DNA of 24,000 nt from Rhodobacteraceae bacterium UBA2553. Its GTDB lineage: Bacteria > Pseudomonadota > Alphaproteobacteria > Rhodobacterales > Rhodobacteraceae. Positions 1 through 7,500 of the stretch are shown here, in pieces. The stretch is from positions 8,088-32,087 of the forward strand of contig DDMF01000117.1 of the NCBI GenBank assembly GCA_002340515.1, read 5' to 3'. A program made the translations under genes and the position numbers. The notes beneath the pieces were generated by a model. That model was not told the origin of the DNA, searched no databases, and worked only from the letters and a program-made list of their open reading frames with translations. The stretch's first letter is position 1. Each line of letters begins with the position of its first letter.

Positions 1-84
1 GAATTCATCGGAATTGTTTTGCTCAACAGGTTTTTCTGTTGGGTATTCAAGTCCCAATGCTTCCGGAGACTCTCTGGTCTGTAA
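1..84 (+). CDS. 3' end of a CDS cut by the window edge (unknown product)
   Basis: Frame 1 is open from base 1 (EFIGIVLLNRFFCWVFKSQCFRRLSGL*) to TAA at 82-84, followed by a hairpin at 100-123. No other support. Confidence 0.2.
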   Translation, partial: EFIGIVLLNRFFCWVFKSQCFRRLSGL

Positions 85-99
85 ATTTTTTGGATAAAT

Positions 100-135
100 G
101 AGACCGCCGATATCGGCGGCCTCATTTCCTATTTC
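100..135 (+). terminator. Palindromic hairpin with T-rich tail (possible terminator)
   Basis: Perfect 16-nt palindrome CCGCCGATATCGGCGG at 104-119, extended by GAG/CTC at 100-102 and 121-123, then ATTTCCTATTTCC. Confidence 0.4.
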
Positions 136-146
136 CTTGTCATCAG

Positions 147-386
147 TCATCGCAAATGCAACTCCATAGGTGGTTTTTGTGGGCGCTCCACAACTATCCG
201 TGCACCGGCAGAAATTTGATCTAGGAGATAAATTTCAGTTCCAATTGCTTGCCGGATTAGTTCGTTTACGGACACTCCCTTTTCAGCAGCCTTTGCCTTA
301 ACCTCATTTGCTGCATCTGAGGATAAACGCAATGTAAGGCGCTCTACGGATGCATCAGACGAAGTCTCTTTCGCTACACTTGTCAT
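147..386 (-). CDS. Ribbon-helix-helix (CopG/Arc-like) DNA-binding protein
   Basis: RLTLRLSSDAANEVKAKAAEKGVSVNELIRQAI fits the RHH strand-helix-helix pattern. I prefer ATG at 386 (GGAG 10 nt upstream) over the TTG at 413 in the ORF track. No adjacent toxin gene. Confidence 0.65.
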   Translation of the reverse strand: MTSVAKETSSDASVERLTLRLSSDAANEVKAKAAEKGVSVNELIRQAIGTEIYLLDQISAGARIVVERPQKPPMELHLR

Positions 387-570
387 ATTAAACACTCCAG
401 ATGTTGCCGTCAATTTGACGTATTTCTGACGTCATTATGCACTAGGTTCATCAATACTTCAACTATTCACTACATGAGATGGCTACGTATTCACGGGGTG
501 GTAGAGTAATCTATTGACCAAGTCAGCAGGTCATTATATGAGACTCCGAAGACTTCTTCAGGGGTAGCCC

Positions 571-930
571 ATGTTTGATAACCGAGACAAATTGATTGAA
601 TTCGTTGACAGTCTTTCTGATGAGGCTCGGCTAAGCATAGCTGAAATAGCGGATCAACTTGGCGAGAAAAAAAATACGGTTAGTGGTTGGCTTAGCGATG
701 AGCGTAATTATCCCCCCTCTCATCGTGGGGCAAGAAACCAAAAGTTTTATGATAAGAATGTGATAACGCAACTCTTGCTCGTCTACTTTGCCAATAGGCA
801 ACCAGGTATTACTGTGCAGGTTAATCATGCTTATGATCGCATTTCTAGAAATGGTATCGGTGCTAGCCTAGAAGCATTGCGGAGCAGTTCAGGGGATTTC
901 TTCAATGTGCTCCAGAATCAGGACGCATAA
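571..930 (+). CDS. Hypothetical protein with probable helix-turn-helix
   Basis: 119-aa ORF with AGGGG upstream of the ATG. LSIAEIADQLGEKKNTVSGWL looks like an HTH. Possible TTGACC (514-519) -35 element upstream. Confidence 0.55.
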   Translation: MFDNRDKLIEFVDSLSDEARLSIAEIADQLGEKKNTVSGWLSDERNYPPSHRGARNQKFYDKNVITQLLLVYFANRQPGITVQVNHAYDRISRNGIGASLEALRSSSGDFFNVLQNQDA

Positions 931-1027
931 TTTTATTCAAGATTATGGGCTTGGTTTTTCCACGTGTTTAGAAAAGAGCTTGATAGTAAATAAAGTAGGT
1001 CTCTTGTTGATAAGATTAATTACCTAG

Positions 1028-2410
1028 TTAACGGTTTTTGCTTAATCCCAAAAGAACTCCCAATTTGTCAGTCACTGGTCGAAGCGGATCAACCATGCCC
1101 AAATCGTAAATAAGGGTGGTTTCGATATTGCCACGATGATCTGCGAGGTGTGACACAGCCTCACGCTGGACACCTTGTCCGGCCATCATCAAGGAAATGG
1201 CCATGCGCTTGAGGTCATAGAGCTGGAAGTAGTCAGGCACGCCTTCCAGAGCTTTGAAACGCTGTAGAGCGCGATGAAAATTGTCGCGTGGTTTGGATTG
1301 ATCAGAGTGGTTTGGAAATAGGAGATCACTTTCTGGCCAGCGAGTACGCTGCAACTGAACCAGCTCCGCAACCTTTGGATGAATGGGGATTGAGCGAAAC
1401 GCATATTCGTAGGTGCTGCGGGACAGCTTCTGACCTTTGGTGTTGTGCTTTTTCCAAATCAGATCCCCCAAGGAGAAGTGCTCAAATTGAGCATTTTTCA
1501 CATCACTTGGGCGTGCCATGGTCAGGATAAGAATGCCCATAAAATTGCAGTATTCCACCAACTGATCATATTCGGTTTTGGCGCGACCTGCTTTGAGGGC
1601 AGCAATGCGTTTTGTATTGCCCTCTAACCCTTCAAGATTGATCACCTCCTGCATAGGGGGATTGAAAATATGTTTGGCAATCACTCTGATTTGGTCAGGT
1701 GTATAATCTCGGCGGTGCTTGATAATCTTGCGCATTGAGAACGGGTCACATGGATTGCGCATGTCAACGATTTGCATTCGGATCGACCAGTTGAAAAGGG
1801 CGCGCAGTTGGCGCAACGCACTGTTGGCAACGCTGTTGGACTGAATGGATTGTAGGTAGGGGCCAATATGTTGCGGCGTGATATCGGTGGCAACAATTTC
1901 ACGAAGGGCTTCACCGATTGTCACCCGTTTCTTTCTTTTGCCGCCACGCTTGGGATTGGCGGGCTGTTCCCGTGTCCATGGTGCGATCAATCTTCCGAAC
2001 TCAGCGCGATGTGAGGCGCTGCGGGATGCAAGGTGCTGCGCAAAATAGGCACCAATGACCTCTCCGAGGGTTTCACCGTGCTTGGCTCGATAATCAATTG
2101 CTTTAACTAAGCTGGGATCATTTCCCTCATCAATTTCGAGATTGCGCTGCTGAACGATCATGCGCGCTGAGGCAACGTTCATGTTGGCGGGCGAACCAAT
2201 AACATGCCGCTTTGATTTACCATTGAATCTGAATGTGTGGATGAATGACTTTGCACCCTGAGCGGTAATCCTAAATCCAAGACCTTGAATGGAGCCGTTG
2301 CGCAATTTGCCGTCAATGCCACGCGCAGTGTCATGGATGATTTCTTGTGATTTTCCTTCTGGGCAGGTTGCTGCTTTGATCAGCGTATCGGTTAGAAATA
2401 GCTTTGCCAC
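1028..2410 (-). CDS. int: Tyrosine integrase, P4-like, with N-terminal DUF4102-type arm-binding domain
   Basis: The N-terminus LTDTLIKAATCPEGKSQEIIHDT...GLGFRITAQGAKSFIHTFRFNGKSKRHVIGS is typical of DUF4102. The C-terminus has ARPSD (Arg), YDLKR (box II, with Tyr where His is usual), ADHRG and TLIYD (catalytic Tyr). GTG start. It lies beside a tRNA-derived att core. Confidence 0.9.
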   Translation of the reverse strand: MAKLFLTDTLIKAATCPEGKSQEIIHDTARGIDGKLRNGSIQGLGFRITAQGAKSFIHTFRFNGKSKRHVIGSPANMNVASARMIVQQRNLEIDEGNDPSLVKAIDYRAKHGETLGEVIGAYFAQHLASRSASHRAEFGRLIAPWTREQPANPKRGGKRKKRVTIGEALREIVATDITPQHIGPYLQSIQSNSVANSALRQLRALFNWSIRMQIVDMRNPCDPFSMRKIIKHRRDYTPDQIRVIAKHIFNPPMQEVINLEGLEGNTKRIAALKAGRAKTEYDQLVEYCNFMGILILTMARPSDVKNAQFEHFSLGDLIWKKHNTKGQKLSRSTYEYAFRSIPIHPKVAELVQLQRTRWPESDLLFPNHSDQSKPRDNFHRALQRFKALEGVPDYFQLYDLKRMAISLMMAGQGVQREAVSHLADHRGNIETTLIYDLGMVDPLRPVTDKLGVLLGLSKNR

Positions 2411-2431
2411 TCATCGTGATTTCGTTGTTTT

Positions 2432-2450
2432 CATGTAAACCCCATGTAAA
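2432..2450. repeat. Paired CATGTAAA repeat, left of att core (candidate integrase arm-type sites)
   Basis: CATGTAAACCCCATGTAAA matches 2661-2679 (CATGTAAACGCCATGTAAA) at 18 of 19 positions. Confidence 0.6.
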
Positions 2451-2570
2451 AGAATGACACAATATATAGAATATTTCAAACATTTCTGATTATTGAAAAA
2501 TTATGATTAACCTAGCAAATACAACGCTTTTTGTTCTTTTTGGTGTTTTTCTAATATCTATATATTGCGT

Positions 2571-2615
2571 CTGTTAATCAGCTTGTCACAGGTTCGAGTC
2601 CTGTCACCGGAGCCA
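2571..2615 (+). other. tRNA-Asn(GTT) 3' fragment from anticodon loop to CCA; att core
   Basis: CTGTTAA (loop, anticodon GTT) TCAGC TTGTC ACAGG TTCGAGT CCTGT CACCGGA G CCA. The T-arm pairs perfectly. No matching 5' anticodon-stem strand or D-arm lies upstream, so this is not a functional tRNA. Confidence 0.8.
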
Positions 2616-2660
2616 TATATTTCAAACACTTATAGCACGCTCCCAAAAACGAAACGCTTC

Positions 2661-2679
2661 CATGTAAACGCCATGTAAA
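2661..2679. repeat. Paired CATGTAAA repeat, right of att core
   Basis: Second copy of the 19-nt unit. ATATTTCAAACA is also duplicated, at 2471-2482 and 2617-2628. Confidence 0.6.
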
Positions 2680-2770
2680 CATTTGAGCGAAGATGTGTGC
2701 TTGCTGATTGTGCAGATCGAGTGATTGGTTTTGACAGAATGGGCCATCTGTGGCCTACTTTTTATCAATG

Positions 2771-2826
2771 TCGCCATAGGGCGGCTTTTTTGTTTTGGCA
2801 CCCTTTGCGGGTGCCTTTTTTATTTC
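2771..2826 (+). terminator. Tandem Rho-independent terminators
   Basis: TCGCC-ATAG-GGCGG followed by CTTTTTTGTTTT. Then GGCACCC-TTTGC-GGGTGCC (2797-2815) followed by TTTTTTATTT. A weaker GGCCA-TCTG-TGGCC hairpin lies at 2742-2755. Confidence 0.7.
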
Positions 2827-2849
2827 AACACAATTTAGGGGGACGATAC

Positions 2850-3239
2850 ATGAACGGGCAACCGGCCATTGTACTTATGGAGCACGAGCTTCAACACATG
2901 CTGACCGAAACGGCAAAGCAAGCTGCTAAAGAGGTCATTTCAGAATTTAAATCTGAGCTTCAAACTGATCAGAAAGAAGTGATCACGCGGAAGCTGCGGG
3001 CTTATATCGAAGATCGCAGCACAATATCCGACCCACGCACAGAGTGGGCGAATGGTCTGCATATCCGCAGCATCAAACTGAATGGGCGGGACAAACCACG
3101 ATCTCAATCTTGGCTCCAACAGTTTAAAGTGAATAGTGGGCTGAGGGAATGCATTTTCCGAAAATCTAGAACGACTGGCGGTAATCAAGAATGGTGTTTT
3201 GAGGATATCGCCAATGCGTGGGAGGTCGTTCAGTTTTAA
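2850..3239 (+). CDS. Hypothetical protein (129 aa)
   Basis: ATG at 2850 is preceded by TAGGGGGA. The longer 2697 start would read through the terminators. I recognise no family. Confidence 0.5.
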   Translation: MNGQPAIVLMEHELQHMLTETAKQAAKEVISEFKSELQTDQKEVITRKLRAYIEDRSTISDPRTEWANGLHIRSIKLNGRDKPRSQSWLQQFKVNSGLRECIFRKSRTTGGNQEWCFEDIANAWEVVQF

Positions 3240-3551
3240 TTTATATGTTTGCAACCGAAATTTCGTATGAGGCGGAGGTAATCAACTTTTTTACTTTAAG
3301 AATTAATAACTTTGTCCACTTTGGGTTTTCAAAACGGAAGAACTCTAAAGAGCTTGCAGGCGGCGCGAAATGCATTTGCGGTCGTGATTGGAAGAGAGCA
3401 ACACGTCCAAGTCTTCAATTGAGGTGATTTAATCATAAGGCCGCATTTCAACCGAACTTCACACGTCGTTGGGGTGCCGAGCATCAAGCTCTTATTGACA
3501 ATTTACCAAAAAGAAACTCTATCTATGCGCGAAGTTTTTATTAGGTGACCC

Positions 3552-3932
3552 GTGCATTCCAATTCCAGCGTTTTGAACACTCCTGAACTTGAAAGCCCGC
3601 CAAGCAAACCGCTTTGCTTTCATGTGGTGTCTGATCGTGCTGACATCCCGAAAATCGTTGATCTTGCCCGCGAGGCCCATGCGGAAAGCCGGTTTGGCTA
3701 TATTCCGTTTAGCGCTGACAAAGTGCGCAAGATTGCGGAGCAGGCGATTGCGGATGAGAAACGCCATGCGGTGATGTTGGCCGAGAAAAATGACGTCCCG
3801 GTTGGCTTCGCCTATTGCTCGGTTGCGGAGTATCATATCGGGACGGATGTGTTGCTGACCACCATTCACAACATCAACGTGTCGCGCGACGTGCGTATGC
3901 TGGCTTCTGCATTAGCTTTTGAAGTATCCTGA
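3552..3932 (+). pseudogene. GNAT-family N-acetyltransferase, 3'-truncated remnant
   Basis: The N-terminal GNAT-like portion (VMLAEKNDVPVGFAYCSVAEYHIGTDVLLTTIHNINV) is present. The acetyl-CoA motif (R/Q-x-x-G-x-G/A) and the C-terminal half are absent. The ORF ends in an unrelated tail (MLASALAFEVS*) where GC drops. Confidence 0.6.
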
Positions 3933-3969
3933 GCAGGATACTCTGCGAACCAAAAGGAGAGTAGTTACA

Positions 3970-4527
3970 ATGAATGGCATAACAGATAGCAATCAAGATA
4001 TTGGTGAAAATATTGGTTCTGCCGAAAGTATGAAAGCAAAGCACAGTGCCCTAGTCTTAGGGGCTATTGCAAAGATTTCCATGATTGTAAGTGTTTGTGC
4101 AATCACTTCACTTTTCTCAAGTAAGGTACTAGCAGACGAAATCCCCATCAATCCAGCTCAGTGTATGTCGACGATACAAGAATTAGATTTGCGATACAGA
4201 TCTCGAATGCGACACACCTGCTTCGATGTGCCTGCCGCCTCATGTGAACGCTCAGATGATATATCTGCATGCATTTTGTCTTTTGTGGAGATGGTTGATA
4301 AAAAAGTGGAAGCAATTTTGGAATCCCTTCCAAACGAAATAGATGAAAGTGGATTGTCCGCCAGAAGGTACAATGTGGCAATTGAGAGGTTTGACGAATT
4401 GGGTTCAATTTCGGAATGTAATTCCGAAAACGATGATGAGAGAGCTTTATGTATCTATATATTGAGATCTGTAGCTCTCATCGAAGCTTTTAGAATGGCA
4501 AGACTAGCCGGCATCAAAGATTTTTAA
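3970..4527 (+). CDS. Secreted Cys-rich hypothetical protein
   Basis: AAGGAGA lies 7 nt upstream of ATG 3970. An internal M at 4030 starts a signal-peptide-like segment (MKAKHSALVLGAIAKISMIVSVCAITSLFSSKVLA/DE). The mature part has several Cys. The stop is 11 nt before the RTX gene. Confidence 0.6.
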   Translation: MNGITDSNQDIGENIGSAESMKAKHSALVLGAIAKISMIVSVCAITSLFSSKVLADEIPINPAQCMSTIQELDLRYRSRMRHTCFDVPAASCERSDDISACILSFVEMVDKKVEAILESLPNEIDESGLSARRYNVAIERFDELGSISECNSENDDERALCIYILRSVALIEAFRMARLAGIKDF

Positions 4528-4538
4528 GGAAAATAATA

Positions 4539-7500
4539 ATGGGAACAAGCGTTGTATTTTCGTCTGATGGCACTGCAAAAGTCGTAATCGATTCAACATT
4601 TGGAAAAGAAGGGGTAATGGGCAATGATGCTGTCAGAGAGCGTGCCGCCGAATACAATTCGATTGTTGAGCGTGCCCGGGAAGACCCGACGAATACTTCG
4701 CTTCAAGCCGAGCTCGCCAAGGAAAAAGTTTTCTTAGAGGCGGTAGTGGCTGCGGTCAAAGGCCCGCACGGTTTTGGTGCGGCTTTGGCCAGTGCACGTA
4801 GTGGGGAAATGGCTGCAATAGCGATTGATGAGCTGGAAGGCTATGCAGAAGAGGCTAATCTCACAGACATACAAACTGCTAAATTGGTAAACGACCTACT
4901 AGCTTACGCGCAACAAACTGGCAAGGGTTTGAACCCTGAAACATTGGGCGATTTTTTAAATGAAACCTCAACTCCTGAGGTTGAAATTTTAAATGGTTTG
5001 GGGGGCAACACTTCTTCTTCTGGTAATGATGGCGGTAGTGACAACGACGGTTCGGGTTGGGACCCAACGCCCAATGATACAACCCCTGGTCTCGGAACGG
5101 GTGGTGACAATGATAGTGATGGAAATGGGCACGAAGACTCGGATAATGACAATGATACTGGCGGCGGCACCTATCCAACCTATGACCCTGATGCGGATAA
5201 TCCGGGGTCTAGTGGGACGGATGCCGATAGTGGTGGAAGCGGTCTAGAAGACGCCCATAATGACGGGGTTGGGTCTGGGAACCTGATGCCGATTATTCTC
5301 GATATGGATGGTGATGGGATCGAGATCACGGTTGATGGCAATGTCAGCTTTGATGTGGATGGTGACGGCTTTCTCGAGCAAACGGCTTGGGTTCACAAAG
5401 ACGATGCATTTTTGGTGCTTGACCTGAATGCCGATGGTACGCGTGGGGCGGGTGACGGCAAGATCGACCAAACTGCCGAACTTGTGCTGACAGAATGGGT
5501 GAACGAAGAGGGCGCGACGGATCTGCAAGCGCTTGCCTCTTTTGACAAATTGACGCGCGGTGGGAACAATGATGGAATTCTGGATCATCGCGATAGCATC
5601 TGGTCTGAACTACGTGTTTGGCAGGACAGCAACTCCAACGGTGTGACTGATGCGGGTGAGTTAAAAACGCTGTCTGAGCTTGGGTTTGAGCAAATTAACC
5701 TAACCTATGATGATGGCACGCATTTTGCGGACACGACAAATGACGTCACGATTTTTAACAGCTCTCTGCTCGGCACCGCCTCCTATGTGCGCAATGGCCA
5801 GACTGTCACAGGTGGTGTTGGCGATGTTGCGCTGGCTTACGGGGCGGACGGGTGGAAAAAGGTAGCAACGTCTGCTGGCCACAATATCGCTTGGGAAAGT
5901 GGGATGGTGTGGAAGTTTCTTGAGCTTTCCAAATTTGCATCCTCAAACACGACAATTTCTGACGGAACCTATCATGGCGTATTCGGTGACACGCGCAACA
6001 ATGTGATTAATACTCGGTTTGCTACCAACGAACTGATCATTGATGGTGGTGCTGGGAATGACTACGTGGAGGCCTCTGGCCAGAACGATATCATTTTGGG
6101 CGGCACTGGCAATGACACATTATATGGCCTCGAAGGGAATGATACCCTTGATGGCGGCAGCGGTGCCAATCGGCTCTACGGTGGCTGGGGGGATGATCGT
6201 TATGTGATCAGCTCGCTGGCAGGAAGTTCCTGGATTTCACGCGGAGCAGAGCACAATGCGGATGGGCATGATGCGGTTACGTTCTCGCAACTTAACGCGT
6301 CTGAGGTGAATATTACAAAAAGGTCGGATGCCGATAACGGCGGCGGTGCAAATGGCACCTCACTGCGTTTTTATTGGAACAAGGGCGGCGCGGCAGGATC
6401 ACTTGAGGTTGCAGACGAAGGCTTGGATATCGAGCAGTATGTATTTGCTGACGGCCTGACTGCTAACAATTTCATCGTTGGGGATAGCGCTGGCCGATCA
6501 CATGACGGTACAGACAAGTTCGATCTTATTGATGCAAAAGAAGGGTCTGACACAGTCAACGGTCACGTAGGCAATGATATCCTGTTTGGACGAGGCGGAA
6601 ATGATGTGTTGTCTGGTGGTGCTGGCGACGACGCTTTGTACGGTGGGAATGGCAATGACACGCTTAACGGGGGGGCAGGCCGGGATTTGCTATCAGGTGG
6701 AACAGGCGACGATACCATTTACTTTGCCAATGGAGACAAGTTTTGGGATGCCGTTGGAAAAGCCAGAGATGTCGGCGGAGCAGGCCACGACACGCTCACC
6801 GTTGCAAATGGTTCATATTTTGCCACGACTGGCTTGAGTGCGTATGGTTTTGAGCGTTTCATTGGTGCTGATGGAAATGACCGTGTCAAAGGCGGCCTGT
6901 CCAGTGTCAACTACTATTTGTATGGTGGCTTAGGCGACGATACGCTCACCGGTCATGGCGGCAATGACACGCTACATGGTATGGACGGCGCTGATCATCT
7001 CCACGGTGGAAACGGGAACGACTATATTTCCGGTGGGGACCAAGCTGATTACGTTGAGGCTGGGGCCGGGAACGATACTCTTTTTGGCGGAGATGACCGG
7101 GATACGATCTATGCTGATGCTGGCGATGACACAGTATCGGCTGGCGCGGGGAATGACCTTGTGATCGGCGGAACAGGTGCTGATGTTCTGTCTGGTGGCA
7201 GTGGCACGGACTATCTGAGCTACTATCACAGCGCCCATGGCGTGGTAATTTACCTCGCCCATAACACCGCCTCTGGGGGAGACGCGCAAGGTGATAAGAT
7301 TGATGGTTTTGAAGGTGTTTCAGGATCAAATCATGCCGCTGATGAACTGTATGGGACCTCTTATGCCAATATCATTCGTGGCAATGGTGGGAAGGATACG
7401 ATTTATGGCTATTCCGGCGATGATGACATCAATGGCGGTTCAGGCAATGACCTGATTGTGGGCGGTATTGGTGCTGATACCCTTGTGGGTGGCAGCGGAT

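Larger units (their letters stand above)
1..2615. mobile_element. Right-hand part of an integrative island ending at a tRNA-Asn-derived att core (left end outside the window)
   Basis: The integrase sits 160 nt from a 45-nt tRNA-Asn 3' fragment. The fragment is on the + strand, so DNA to its left is element DNA if an intact tRNA-Asn lies upstream of the window. Confidence 0.5.

Noticed and set aside
2539-2615. A possible full-length 77-nt tRNA: TTTGGTG at 2539-2545 can pair with the acceptor 3' strand CACCGGA (two G-U pairs) at the right distance.
   Set aside because: The intervening AT-rich sequence cannot form a D-arm (no GG, no stem). TGCGT cannot pair with TCAGC for the anticodon stem. 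Only the 45-nt 3' part is tRNA-like.
2697-3239. The 180-aa version of this ORF, starting at 2697.
   Set aside because: Its N-terminal 51 residues are read through three terminator hairpins and have an odd composition. An internal ATG at 2850 has a good RBS.
3970-4527. A possible DUF1311/LprI-like assignment for the secreted Cys-rich protein.
   Set aside because: It rests only on a vague resemblance in Cys spacing. I cannot align the family motifs confidently from memory.
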